Assembly: GCA_030704615.1 (NCBI GenBank)
Contig: CM060733.1
Location: forward strand, 67,580,001-67,644,000
Length of the DNA: 64,000 bases
Direction of reading: 5' to 3'
Source: Takakia lepidozioides
Lineage: Eukaryota; Plantae; Bryophyta
In this document: positions 26,301 through 39,761 of the stretch, piece by piece
Layout of the letters: every line of letters begins with the position of its first letter
Position numbering within the stretch: the stretch's first letter is position 1
Translations under genes and position numbers: made by a program
Notes under the pieces: generated by a model
What the model saw: the letters and a program-made list of their open reading frames with translations, nothing else
Databases searched by the model: none
What the model was told of the DNA's origin: nothing

Positions 26301-29300
26301 AGCAGTCAGAACATCAGCCTTGGATCGCATCACATTTAGTCTCGCAAGAACCTTAGGCAGCAGACCCCATACAACACACAATTAATGGTAGAGAATCCTT
26401 CTGCAATGTACTCACATCACCTGAAATTGAGTGTGTCCTGACACAAGCAAGCTAAGTATATCTTCTTGTAAGGGAAGAAGACGTAGAAACAACAAGGCAC
26501 TCATTAACAACCAGCTTAGTCGCTATTGCTTTTCCTGAAGATACATACCTCCAACACTGCTTCTCGAACAGGAATGAAAGAGGCGCTTGGCTGCAGCTTT
26601 TCTGGAGTGCTCAACAACACTTCCCACATATGCTGCACCCATCACTAAGACTCATTTGATGAGCTAAAGGTTTTTTATCAGATGCTCTCACTCATTGGGT
26701 GCTCCGGAAAAAGATCAACTAACTCTGGCCCTGAGGTGACATGGTCCATAGCAAGATGAAATAAACACCATTAGAAGCCAATTTAGAATTGCTAGGTATT
26801 TCCCTGCAAATAATATCTGAGTGCAGAGGACTAGGCATGGGGTACATAGAGCCAGGAAGCATGTCGCTGGCTATTTACAATGCACCTTCTTGGCATCTTC
26901 TCCATGTTCACGCATCTGGAGGAGGGCCTGACATGTTGCTCGCTCCTCTTCTACAAACCTACCTCCTGCCAAACACTCAGAAGTCATGCACATTATTTCA
27001 AGCTGACACGATCTACAGGAAATCACAAGTGTGTACCGCAAGTATTAATGTCAACACCCTTTCAACCGTTCCAGCCAAACCAGCTTAAACAGGGGGGTCA
27101 CTCCTAAACAGGGTACTTAATGTTCTGGGTGCCTGGGGGCCTCCAAATCCATGGGGGAAGGATTGGGCAACCACGTTGCCCTGGTTACGGCCATTAGAGG
27201 GATCCAACCCCCAAATGGGAGGAAGTAGCAATGAAGAGACACCATAATTCACAATCGATTCAGCACAACCCTCCTGTTCTTTTGTTCTTGAGAAAAAGGA
27301 GAAGGCACCTACCGGGTTTGGATTCTGCTAAGTGCTGTACACTGCTCCAGACTTGGGCAGGAATGATCTCAAGATCAGAGGGAGCAGAGTAGAGGCACAC
27401 CCGCGCCAGCAGCACAAGACCCAGCTTGGTGAGTGGGGCTGTTGTTAGCACTGCATCTATGGAACGCAAGAGCGACTGCAGCTGGAAAGGCTGTGCTAAG
27501 GGCACCATCTTGAGCACCACTTTCAGTGCTTGCCTTCGCAGCCCTGCTGACACCTCTGTGGTGGCTGATGAAACAACCTTAACCCATGTGTCTGCAACCA
27601 ACATCTGCAGAAATCCCTGGTACTCTCCTACATAGATCCCATTAGCCTCTGCATGTGGGCTCATTTGATTGTCTACTAGTATTGCAAGCTGCTTCAGCGC
27701 TTCAGCACGCTGCTCAGGTTCTGGGTGTTCCAGCATTGTGGAAAGCAATTGTATCAAGGGGTCTGACGGCACTCCACTCAAGGACTCCATTACAACTGCT
27801 TTGGCTAACCACTGGGTGGTGCGCAGCCTCCATGCAACCCTTGGGGCATGGCTGCACTGATACTGCAGTATTTCATACACATGCTTCCATGTGTGGAATG
27901 ACACAGAAGGGAGGCCCAACAAATAATCCATCATCACATGTGCCACTTGCCAGCAACGCGCTTGCTGCAGCCTCAGTATAGCTTGTGCCAATGCTTCCAC
28001 AGGGACTGCCAAAAACCGATCCTCCGCTACAGGATTCTTGGTTGCCCCACAAAGTGAATCCACAGCATCTTTATCCTTGACTCCGCAGCAACGCAAACAT
28101 TGTGATGCCACCTGTGTGATCCTGGAGGTTAGTTGTGGATGCACTTTCCAGGCAGTTTCCAGAGCTGGACCCAGGTCCAGCACTAAGAGTCGCACTCCTC
28201 CTCTGAACTCTTCCTTCTCTGCACTGCATCCCAAGGCGGTTGCTATTTGATCTGCATGTCCTTTTCCAGTCACATGGAATTCCAAGACATCACTGGCAGA
28301 TTCTGGGGCACCTGAATCATCATGACTACCATCCTTCTCATCCTCAACAGAGACAAGGCCAACAGCATTGGACACACCGGGATGCTCAGTGTCAGACTCC
28401 TCTGACTCAGGGGTACCTAACATTGGAAGACTTGCAGGATCAGTCAAAGCGAACAGAGCTTGTGGAGGTTCTGTACATTGCTCTTTCAAATCAGGCACCT
28501 TGGATTCACCCACCATCCCTTGGAGGAGGATATGAGTCTCTTCCAAAATCCTCTGAAATGCACAGAGGTAATCATACCAAGAACTGGTAGAAGATGAATC
28601 TGTAAATTTTACCCAGGCCATAAGGGAGTTAAGAAGCTTATTCCGTCTGGACATAGATAAATCAGAAAGAAGTGATCCACAGAGGAAAAGTAACAATGCC
28701 CCCTTGGGCCCTCCCTTTGCCACCTGCTCACTTGTTTCAGGGCCTGTGTTCAGCTGCTTCATCATAGTATCAAAACATAAGGCCTCAAAGGTAAAATCCC
28801 CTGCTGTTGTGGCTGCCCTTGCTGTTGCATGCGAGATGATGGGCTTCAAGGCCTTCAACACAGCATCCAGTAAGGGCACATCACAATAGGAGCTGCCACA
28901 CAGTGACATCAGTACCTGCAGTACCCTGGGCAATTCAGGCATAATAGCTTCCATGTGCTCCACCACCATTACCTCTAGCAGCCGCATGACAACGTAGCGC
29001 AAATTTCCAAGAGCAAAACCCTTCACTGTCACCTCTCCACGGTCTCCTTGGTCTGTTGCAATGTGTGGAAATGGCTGGTAGCAAATCTCAGATAACCAGC
29101 TTAACATATCCGGCACAGCAGTGTAAGGCACCCCTTGGATTTGCGAGCAAATTGCATTCAGCAACGTCTCTGCAAACTGGCTAAACTGGGCTCTCAGCCT
29201 TGGGAGCACAAGGTTGAACTCGGGATACAAGGCCCTCACTAGATCCCCAGGGTCAGCTGGCTCATCCTGTTCTGCACCATACAGGAATCCCTCACCTACA

Positions 29301-32300
29301 ACTGCCTTTGTGAGCACATCATGCTCCTTAGGTTCTCTGTATTTCAGAAGCTCAACAGAAACAAGCTCATCGGAGAAAATGAGGAGCAAGGCTGTCAGAT
29401 GCTGCATGTCAGACAAAAAAGGAAGTTCTGTATCGAAATGGAACTGGGCACAGCGAGCCAGAGCCATCCAGCCCACATAGCGCACCAAAGGTGAACAGGA
29501 GGAAGAAAACTGTGGTATCTTTGATATCCATGCCCAAACTGGAATCAAGTCCCTTTGTAAAAAACTACCTTTAGGAAAACCCACGTCAATATCATCTTCC
29601 ATCACTCTACCACCACTTGCTGCAAGGACTAGTCTGCGCAACAGTATCCACTGTTGTCTTATGCCATGCAAGGTCCCTGATCCATGTAGTGAACTGCCTT
29701 CATTTGCTTGGTTATGATGTGCAATTAGAGATGCATTTAGGCGTGCTGCACACACCAATATCACATCAATTATATCTTCAGCAGGGGATGAAAGCTGAGT
29801 GGCTGAATCGAGTACAAATAAGAGGCCTTGCAAGACAACCTCGTAAAGGTTCTGACGTTCTCGCTGTGATTGACGAACCAAAAACTGGCATAGCAAGCTT
29901 TGGTGCTGGCGCACTAGTGTCACTGCATCCTGTGAATCTTTTGCATCCACCTCTATTCCATAAAGACAACCATCAGAGTCCTGATATTCTTTGCCCTCTA
30001 CTCCACCACCCAGCGGGCCTTTGCTATCCCACTCTGCTGCCTGCAGGAGGATGGACAAAACCGCTTTGTCACGTTCCTCTTCGAGCCAGGCCACCATTTT
30101 CAGCCCACTGCTGTCATCTGTAGCTGCATCTCCCTCAACCCCATTTAGTTTTGTGCGCACTGACAAGGCCCCTTCCACAGTCTTGAACAGATGCTGATAT
30201 TCACTCGATGAAATCATGAAAAAAGGATTCAGATGACACTCAGCAGCAAGAAGCAGGGCATCAATGGCAGCTTCACGACTCTCCCTCCTTGCGTCCTGGC
30301 GAGAGTGCAGCTCCGCTGCAAACCGAATGAACTCTGATGCCCTAAGCTCGCGCTCCGGCATATTGACCAGCTGCCAGTGCTCCACCTGCAGGTTCCAGTC
30401 AAGCTCATCCCTGCCCACATCCAACATCAGCACTTTGCCTCGCCTCCCTTCCAGATTGGCCACTACATTCATAAAGCTGTGGTCTTCCACAAGAGTACCC
30501 TCAGATTGGCCTGCCAAACATGGCAAAGTCAGTCCTTTCAGCTCCAGAGGCGCAAAAAAGAGGCTCCCATCTTCGCGGGAATCCACCTTGGAGCCTCCAT
30601 CAGCTGCCACATCCAGCTTCGTGGTTGTTTCTTCATCATCAACACCAAGCTTTGTAACAGCCAGAGCATCAAGAAAATCACTGGCTTCGGCTGCACCCCC
30701 TTTGCCTGTCCCAGTTTTTCGCAAATCAATGCCCGGTGGCAAGGCCACATGGGGTGCCAATATTGACAGCAGCACACTGCACAACCCACAATGACTCCCT
30801 TCTGAGATTTGCAGAAAAGAGAAAGCGGCCTTTCATTCCACAATACTCACTTAAAAGACTTAACTGCAGCCCTTACAAGTTGAAGCAAGAAAAATCTCAA
30901 TTGCCTTGGTAAAATCTAGGCGCTATACCTGGGTGCAACATGACCCCTCCTCCATTCTGCTTCCATTGCAGGCAAAACAGCAGGCTTCTGGAGAGCGGTG
31001 TGCAGCAGGTCAAGGGCAAGAGCACATGTCTGTTCTTGCTTCTCCAAAACCACTGCTGATACATCCCCAAATGCGATGGCACTCTTTACAGGCATTATCG
31101 CCGGAATGAGATATGGCTCCAGCATCTCTATGACAAACAGAACCTGGTGCTTCACTTTCTGCATAACTCTCCACAATTCTCGAGTCAGATCCGGAATCAG
31201 GAGTTCCCTTGCCAGGGTGGACTCCAAACTAGTGGCTGACACAATCTCAGACGATGGACACACTCATATGTACAATCACTGGATGTACACACTTGTGAAG
31301 TCAATACCTCACACCTCCTAGCAAGAAATCTTAGAAAATATAGCAAGCACTGCACCTTATATTGGAGTAGAACATCATCTACATGTCCAGAGAGTGCCAG
31401 CATCATATACACCAATACTGCCCGGGCTTGTATAGGGGCCTGATGGCCGGCCTGTACCACACTTGTCAAAACAACAAACCAACTGACATTTCAAAACACA
31501 TTGCTCCCTACTGGGCCATAGAGGTGGCAGAGACTGATGGAAACCGACTACTGGAATCTGCCACAGAAAGAATCGCGGATGTAAGTATGAGAAGAGGAAA
31601 TCGAGAGCTGAACCTGGATGATGCCAAGTAAATCTTCCAATAGCTCAATTGCCAGGTCTACCTGGTCTCCAATTACATGCCAATAGTCCCAGATCCAAGT
31701 CTGGTTAATTTGAGCCAAATGACATAGATAAATCATACAATTCACATGATTACCTATGACCAATGTTGAGCACTGTGAGCAGGATTAGCATCCCCGTTAG
31801 GAAATGTTTATCTATAATGCTGAAGAGATGCTGTCAGAAACATGTGGGAAAAAAGCTGGAATGCATTGCTAGTAAACATGTCTCCCTGGCATAATATCCA
31901 AGGAAAGAAAAATCCAGCTGCTGTGATTTTGAAGATTATGACCCCTCTTGTACACTCGTTTGTTACGAGTACTATGCCTTCGCAATTCATTACTCCCACT
32001 ATCAAGCACAGAGAACAATATCCCGATTGGCAATAATTGGAAAGACATTCTTTAAGAGTAATTTGAAAACTGCCCAACCAAAATTGCAAGGCATTGGTTC
32101 TTTAAACAGACCTGGGTGTGACCCAAATGGCAACGTGCACATGGTGAATGTCCTGAACTAGTTCCATGGCATGGAACTAGGCTAACAAATAGTCCAATGA
32201 AATCAGAAGATTACTTGCCAAAAACAATTATTGGCACTTCCTCTCCAATGACTTTTGAAACTAACGCTAATGGTAGTTCCATTCCCCCAAGTTGCTACTA

Positions 32301-35300
32301 AGGATATCCCCCATGCCTGATCCTCTTGCACTCAGTTTCAGAGTATCCTCAATGTTCTCTTCCCACTAACACTGGAGCTAGCTCAGACTTCATTTTGGGA
32401 AGGAAATCTAACCTTCGCTATGATCATGGACAGCCACAGGGCAAGCGGTCCAACACACAAATCGATCAACACACAAGCTGCTTTTTCCTGCAACCTCAAA
32501 CAGCTGCCTCTTGAGAAGTTGCCACCACATCTGTTAGGAATAGAACAAAGTGATGTATTTCACTGTGCCCTACAAAATGGAAGTGCATCAAGTACTTACA
32601 TTCACCCAGGTTACCAAAGAGGCCGATCAGAAAGGAAAAAAGCAAAAGAAACAAACAGAAAATTTCCACAAGCACAATACAATAAGAAACAGTATCCAAT
32701 TGGGGAAATTAAGCGCACATGGGCTGGCGAGTAAGATGAGAGGTATCCCACACAGGCATCAAGAAGTGGGCGATAAGATGGCGCTGTCGCCAAGGCCACC
32801 ACCTGCAATCATCCGTTGATTAGGACCTCCACCTGATACACCTTCCAAGAGCACGGAAAGCAAACAGACCCAAACGCATACATCTTTGCTCTCCTAAGAC
32901 TGCAAATATGGCCCACCTGAGTCAGTGCACGCTGCACTAGGGGAGCCTGCCATTGCCCGAAGGTTTCATCGACATGGTCTGTATTAGCAGACGTACTTAG
33001 GGGCGGACGAAGAGCTGCACACCCAACCAGAGACATCAGGGTCTTTGCAGTGCAACCTCAAAAACCCACCAGCCTGCTGTATGCTCAGAGAACATTTAGT
33101 CCCACTTTACCACTCACTCATTTACAACAGAGAAAAGATGATAAATGCAAAATTGAGAATACAAGAGTACCAGGAAGCAAAGCCTGTAGAAAGGGTAGAA
33201 CTGGTGACAGGTCCGACTTTGCATCTGCCAACCTTCGACAGATGGTAGGCTGCAGGCTCAGAAAATACCACATTAGCAACATAAAGATATTACATTCAGA
33301 TTTCCACACAGTTTGCAGATGATCCATCTAATTACTAAATTACCATGGCAATGCTAGGTTCCAACAGTGTGTTTCTATCCTATGATGGACTGCAAAGGCA
33401 AACATGGCAGCTGTGAAAATGGACAAATTATTAGAGTTTGATAATACAAGACAGTCAATGATACGGGATGTATGACAAGGAACTGGGTGGCTGCTGCCCC
33501 CAGACAACTTCAATTTGCCATTTTGCTCTAGACGTGACTGCTACAAAAACTACTCATTGATCAAGCATTTCCAATAGTGAAAGGAGCTAGCGAAGATACC
33601 TGTGTAGCGCATGCATACAACACGTGAAGCAGCCCCTCCTCAACTAGAGGAATGTCCACCATACTTGCAGGTCCTATCTCCAAACTTTCGTCATCTAGAA
33701 CTCGCAAACCTTCACCGAAAATAGAAGAATAATCGGATGGCATGGCAGATGTTTCGTTAACACTGGCACTATCCTCCCCAACCAAACCTGCCATCTCACT
33801 AGCTGTTGATGGTCCCTCCAAGCTTGGCCCTCCCAACTTGCGCAACAGTCTGGCCACCTGGATATAATATAGCCACCAGGTAAATCAATGAAACATTGAG
33901 GAGCCTAAGCCCTTCCTTAGCGTCATGGCCGTAAAACCCGATTAGCCCACAGATATACTTCAAGAGTGAATCTTCCACATTACATCCACTCGGAAAGCCT
34001 TTTCAGAGCATATCTTCAATATGCAATTAGAAGCTGTAAGAAGGGAACTGAGATCACTTTGGAGGACACCAGACTGTACAATAGAGACTGTGTGAAAAAG
34101 ATGGAGTTGGATTACCTTCCGACATGCACTGCCGAGGGAGTTGTCCTTGTATGCAACCTTCAACAGCAATACAACAGCATCTGGACGCAGAGCCAAGGCA
34201 TGCCCTGCAGGCTGTAGAGAAAGCCCAGGACTGCGAACTCTTCTTGGTGGAGCCTAATCAAACAACATGATTAATTTACCCTACCATTGAAGCCCAGGTT
34301 TTTACCAGAACAAACATCCAAAAACCCTGCTTGTAGGGTATGCACAAACATCAAACCTTCTTTTTCATTGTCAAGTCTACAAATGTACATACAACAATTT
34401 TGAATATGTATCTATACTTCAAATAAAGAGTTCATGACTTCTGACTATAAATCTAAATATTTCAAGGTACAATCCGTCATAAGGAGTTCCACTTAATGTA
34501 GGACATGGTCAATACCTGGAAGTTGGATGAAACTGTGAAGACAGAAGCGAGGCTGCTTTTGCCTGATTCTAGGTCTGGTCCTCCAATTGCTGCTGTCTTC
34601 TCACTGTCCCTGCTCATTTATCAACCCAGTGTTTTCAGCGGATCCCAATGTTCCCTGCTGCTAACCACGTATGTTGGCACAAAGGGACAAACATTATCAC
34701 CACACACTCCCTAGATTGGAAAGGATGTAGAAGTGAAACATTGGATGTTCCCTCTGTTTGAGATCCAATTTTTTCGTGAGCAAATAATTGCACGAGCATC
34801 AAAATATGAATTGTGTTTGCCTTTACAGGGTCTCCTATGAAAGGCTCAATAGGGATGCAGGTCATCGTCATAAAAAGACCTCTAACAAAAGGCACAAAGA
34901 TAGCGAATAGGAGAAGCAAAAAGATAGCTTACCTGAATCCTCCAAACACAGCTAAAAATGGGTAGAAGGGGCCAACAAGCATGGCCAGGAAGCGAACAGT
35001 AGATTCCATTGCCTCACTAGGCACTGACAGCTCTCCCTGCCAACAAGGATCCCTCCAATGCACCCTCTCTCAGCTCAAGATGTGCTTGCACCATAATCCC
35101 CAACTGATTCATGCTACAGCCATTGCATCCAGGGCCCTGCACTTCTAAACATCTACACTTTTGATAGAAGTGCATACCTTTGAAGAATTTGCCAGTAATC
35201 AAACGTTCCTTTCCATGAATCCAACATCTCTTACCTTTTCAACAGCAGGCATATCAGGAGATAATATCCAACTTCGGCCAGAGCATACCTCCAAGTGCTG

Positions 35301-37703
35301 AAGAAAAGGTGACACCCGGAGAGAAATTTCTTGAAGAAGCTGCACATGTATACCACAACCAGCTAATGTAAGCTGAGTTGACCCCACACAATATCACATA
35401 TCAAAGTTTGGACTAGGCTATCAACATGATGCAACCATTTGAACTCCCACATTGCCAAGGCTGCTTCGACTTGCGAAAATTCTCGTGCTCTGCCTGAAGT
35501 TTCAGCATGAAAACATGAGGTGTAAGTTTCAGAGCGACCAGACCTATTGCAGGCAGAGGGTGGACAGTGTGGCTAGAACTTTATCGATCGATGGTGCTAA
35601 CTCTTGGTTCTACATCATTTGCAATTGTATTTAAAGATCCTTCCAGCGACCTTCCAAAGCTGTCTCCAGGCAACTTGTATCGATCAAGGAAATAAATTTA
35701 TGATCTCCCACTTCAACACAGAACGACGATTTCAGTTTCAGTTTCAGTTTCTAAGTCAGGGCAGGCCAGATTAATACCTGCAGATAAATGTCATGAGGGT
35801 CTCTGATATGCGACACAATCTGAGGCAACAAATGGTCCACCACAGGTTGCAGCTCCGGCTCTAGTCCTGGGACTGGGATCCCCAGCAGCTGCAGTACAAC
35901 CCAAACGGCATTGCCTGCTTACAATGAGTAACATCAAATCAAGCTCTAATACTGGGAATGGGATGCAGGACAACCCAAACAATATTGCCCACATACACTA
36001 GAAGCATCAAACCAAAATCTCAAGCTTGACAACACTCTGAATAAGATACACAGCACAACTAACCTGCACCTGCCAATTACCCCTAGCAACCTTACTGGAA
36101 CTTAGATAAAAGCTACGCAAGATGCCAAGCCATTGCTTTTACATATTCCCATGTACGATAGTTAACTAGTTGATCAAACCAGAATGCAGTTCACCCAGAG
36201 CATGGAGATGTAACACACTGACCTGTACAAAAAAGATAGCAATTGGATTTCCCCGTAGACAAGAAATCCTTACGAAGCGACATGGCTGATGACCTATGTG
36301 GTACGTCATTTCCCGTCGAGGAGCTTCACAACGAGGCCGCACCTTTACAAATGTGTCAGGCTGCTCAACAGAAACCAAATGATTGACAAAAAGCATATGA
36401 ACATCCATTTCTTGCATAATATGCAGCAGGCTACACTGTCCAGCTGGACAGTCACACCTCCAATACTTCGTTTCCACAGAGACCAAACAGACCAGATGTG
36501 TGCTGAAGTTACTTCAAAACTCCACTATATTATTCCACTCCCCCACAAATGACAATACTCTATGCAAGAACAACAACTTTATAAATCAGTAGTAAGTATG
36601 AATGCCTATGTGGCAGGAAAGTTGGAATTTTTAACTTTTGATGCTATTACTACAGTTCCTTCTTCAGCTAAATACAATCTTTTCTCAGACCCAGGTGATT
36701 CATCAAACTAAACTTGACTCTTAAGCAAAATGGCATACAGGACAGTCTGACAGCTTAGAATCGATGCCCGAATGACACGCTTACATAGATTTCTTGGTAG
36801 CAGCACCTGGGAGTGTAAAAAGAGTGGGCTGCTTCAGCAGGACTTCCTAAGGACATGTGAATTGAACAGAACCCACAGAAGATAGCCATCAAAGGCTCAC
36901 CACCATCTCCTCCAAAATTGTCATACTTCTACAATAAGTGCATCATGCATTCCCATCTTTGTGAAGAACTAGCCATTCCATATGTCCCAGACACAGTTGT
37001 AAACAGAGCAGGCCCTGTTTTAACCCCATACACGGGTGGTGACAAGATGAATGGAGAAGAGAACCTTGAATCGAAGGCCAATGGAGATTTCCCATTCCAG
37101 AACTGACTTGTTATGTATACGGATTTGTGATAGTAGACACGCCTCCTGCAAATTCAAAGTGACCCAATGGACCTAAGGATATTCAAGAATTACTGTTCAA
37201 TCCCAAATAAACTGAATACTACCCACAAAGGGGAGAAGCGCCTCCCAAATTGAAACCACGTCAACCCCTGCACACCGAGCATAATTGCAATTGCACAACC
37301 CACTCAATCAGGAGGATTTCAAATCCTGGAAAATCGTCCATGGAGCCAGCTCGGAATGACAAGTTTACATTCTATCTATCCATGGACACTGCCCCTTGGC
37401 GCTGTTTTCGCAGTAAAACATACTATTGAGGGAAAACACTTAGGAAGAAACGAGTAGACTACATGCCATCACCTGTGTCCGTGACATCTGCCGCATTGAA
37501 TAGCAGGGATGAATCTGTCTGGAATATAAGGGACTGACCTCAAGCTCCAGAAGTAACCACTCCTTGGTGTTAGTGGAGGTGGACCAGTGGGAGCGTAAGT
37601 CTGAATCTAGCACCTGCACCGCGCGCTGTGCCTGAGACTCCCGAGAAGCCGCCCTCACCTTGAAGGCCAAGACCTTCACTCTTCCCTCCTCATCGGCCTC
37701 CAT
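23391..37703 (-). CDS. Conserved uncharacterised plant protein, about 2188 aa (N-terminal galactose-binding/discoidin-like fold, long alpha-helical ARM-like body, coiled-coil and Arg/Ser-rich tail)
   Basis: 26 phase-compatible GT-AG exons: 37539-37703, 37065-37145, 36223-36360, 35778-35888, 35289-35339, 34933-35036, 34516-34609, 34116-34253, 33600-33857, 33171-33249, 32917-33014, 32719-32802, 32413-32487, 31614-31661, 31356-31451, 30929-31158, 27313-30776, 26886-26965, 26549-26632, 26280-26351, 26004-26112, 25275-25329, 24927-25055, 24600-24717, 24335-24423, 23391-23907 (6567 nt in total). The N-terminus HWSTSTNTKEWLLLELE..KVRPRCEAPRR and C-terminus RREGKWERK match a land-plant family I recognise; the fold calls are inference. 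Confidence 0.9.
25520..25825 (-). mobile_element. tRNA-derived SINE-like element in an intron
   Basis: On the minus strand, A-box-like TGGCCCAGTGG (about 25809-25819) and B-box-like AGTTCAAAGCC (about 25765-25775) at tRNA-like spacing. The body resembles 27087-27200 in inverted orientation. Confidence 0.55.
27087..27230 (+). repeat. Diverged partial copy of the 25520-25825 element, opposite orientation
   Basis: Shared blocks gggg(a/g)tcact, tgggt(a/g)cctgg, ggggga(a)gg(a/t)ttggg, ca(c/t)gttgccc, tacggcc. Confidence 0.5.
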
Positions 37704-38684
37704 AGCCGGGACCCCCCTTCCGCTCTCCTCAGCAGCGCTGCCTAGCCTGTGTCTTTTTGCTGCTCTCTGCCACGATGGTGCGCCATCAAGCTGTTCACAC
37801 TTCACACTCCAGGCCCGCGCACATGGTACTTTGGGTATTCCAGTTAGCGATTTGCCAGCGGTGGGCCCACCTCAAGGGAGCAAAGCGAACGCAGTACGTG
37901 GCACATGTGTAGGGTAAGCAACCCAGGCGAGGTGCTTCACAGGTGTGAGCCCCTTGCCACGAGGGCGGAGCACAACCAGTGAAGCAACGAGCGTGGGTTG
38001 CTTCCCCAGCGTAAAGATTTTTTCTTAAAAAAGTGCCTTGCCAGGCTCGCAAGGAGCGTTACGGAGTGTAAGCCACTGGCGCGACGTGCTTATTAGAGCA
38101 TAACCAGCAGTGGCGCGGTAAACAAACACGCCAACGGCATTATACCAGCCCATTTTTGGCCAGGAGCCCGTATAGTAGCGTGGCAGCTGGTATGAAGGCT
38201 AGGGTTTCTTGGTGGACAACAGGTCATGCCGAGAGCGCCTATGGAGAGAGCGTCTATGGAGGGAATGGCACCTTTCAAGAGGAAGTGGAGAAATAAAGGT
38301 GCGACCCAGGGATATAGGAAGAAGATGAAGATTCCGCAAGGAGGCCACGTTATAGGACCTTACGATCCTCCACGACTCGCCTTCCTCCCGGCGGTGCACG
38401 GCGCTCACAAGCCTAACGTTTTGCTGCACAACACCCTTGTCAATGTGAGAAAAGACTCGCCTTCCTCCCTGGTCGTTTTCAAAGACCACTGTACTATCTC
38501 CAGACTGCAAATTACATAAGCTGGGTTAGCATCTATGTAAGTCTGGACATGTTCCTTGTTCATCATTGTGTTAGAGCCCAATGGAGCCCAAAACAACTTG
38601 CATGAATGTTGTTGAAAGCTCACTAGCACCCCTCAGGACCTTGTCAAAATGTCGATGCTGTCGGATTTTCGAGCACAAACCTCG

Positions 38685-39742
38685 GAGCAGACCTGGCATG
38701 CTCTTTCACGATGGTGGGACAACCGCGGAGTACGGAGCAGACCTGACATGAGTTTTTTAAAGATCCTTCACGATGGAGGGACAACCGCAATCGCAAGGTG
38801 TGGCTTTTTCTTAATGTATGAGGTGAAGAAGTTCGTCCATCCTGCAAATGTGGGCTCTTGGCTCCTGTTAGTACCATGATTTGGTATTCTTCCTGATGTT
38901 TACAAGGTTCTTGGGAGATTCAGCTTGGTCTTAGCAGGCCGTGTTTCAATCTCTGCCCGCTCAGCTGCACCGTGGTGGTTCTCACAGACCAATCTGACAT
39001 TACCTGACTACAAAAACAAGCAGCACACACAAGAGGTCCTCTTGGGTTCATGGTCAGTCAAATCCTCCATGGGTCATGACACAAGGTCGAGGACAATGTG
39101 GTGAGGGCACCTTCTTCTTCGACCTATTTCAGCCTGTTTTGCCCTCTCATCAGACTCGGCCTTGAATTTGCATATTGATTTCTATAAGTTAGCTCGATGG
39201 GTGGATCTGTGGTGGTTTGGAGTGACTTTGACAAGTTACAGAGAGAAGCAGATGCAATCCAGAATTGGAACTACAGTAATAAGCAGGGTTGGGGTGTTTC
39301 CTGGAAGAACTTAACGCCGTTAGTGTCAGCTGCTAGCAGCAAGTATTCATGATTTGTACACAGGCAAGGATAGCTGAAGGACCAGGGATAGAGGTCCAGA
39401 TTCATCCAAGAGGGCCGGATTTCAAACACAAGGTTCCTTCTGATTCCCTGTGGATCAATAGCTACAAGAAATCTGCTAATGAAAAGATGGTCTGCTAATC
39501 AAAGCATCTTCTTCAACACACTTCACCCTGTTTTTCCCTCTTATCAGAATCTGCCCTAATTTTCAAGTTGAATTCTGCAAGTTAGCTGGTTGAGTGAGCC
39601 TGGGATAGTTTGGAGTGCCTTTGACATGTTACTGCCAATGTGACAACAGGAAAGTATCCAAAAAGATGTAACATAATGAGGAGAAGTTGTGGAATGAAGA
39701 CTTTTCTAACCCCAGTCAATGGTGGGACAACCGAGGCAAAAG
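38685..39742 (+). pseudogene. Decayed exons encoding OSB/PTAC9-type PDF ssDNA-binding motifs (5' group)
   Basis: 38685-38807 EQT(W/*)HEFFKDPSRW(W/R)DNRNRK|gt, locally duplicated; 38988-39106 TNLTLPDYKNKQHTQEVL(fs)WVHGQSNPPWV; 39400-39490 ..PDFKHKVPSDSLWINSYK; 39650-39742 EEKLWNEDFSNPSQWWDNRGK|gt. Confidence 0.82.
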
Positions 39743-39761
39743 GTGAATGCCTGTCAGATTA

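Noticed and set aside
27426-30794. Plus-strand ORFs
   Set aside because: Antisense shadows of the 3464-nt exon.
38226-38519. Independent small protein gene
   Set aside because: No recognisable domain beyond a weak PPR-like PNVLLHNTLVN; may be the first exon of the PDF/PPR pseudogene, but this cannot be supported.
38621-38630. Left CACTA TIR (CACTAG) pairing with 44338
   Set aside because: Matches only the first five bases; no subterminal repeats or shared TSD.
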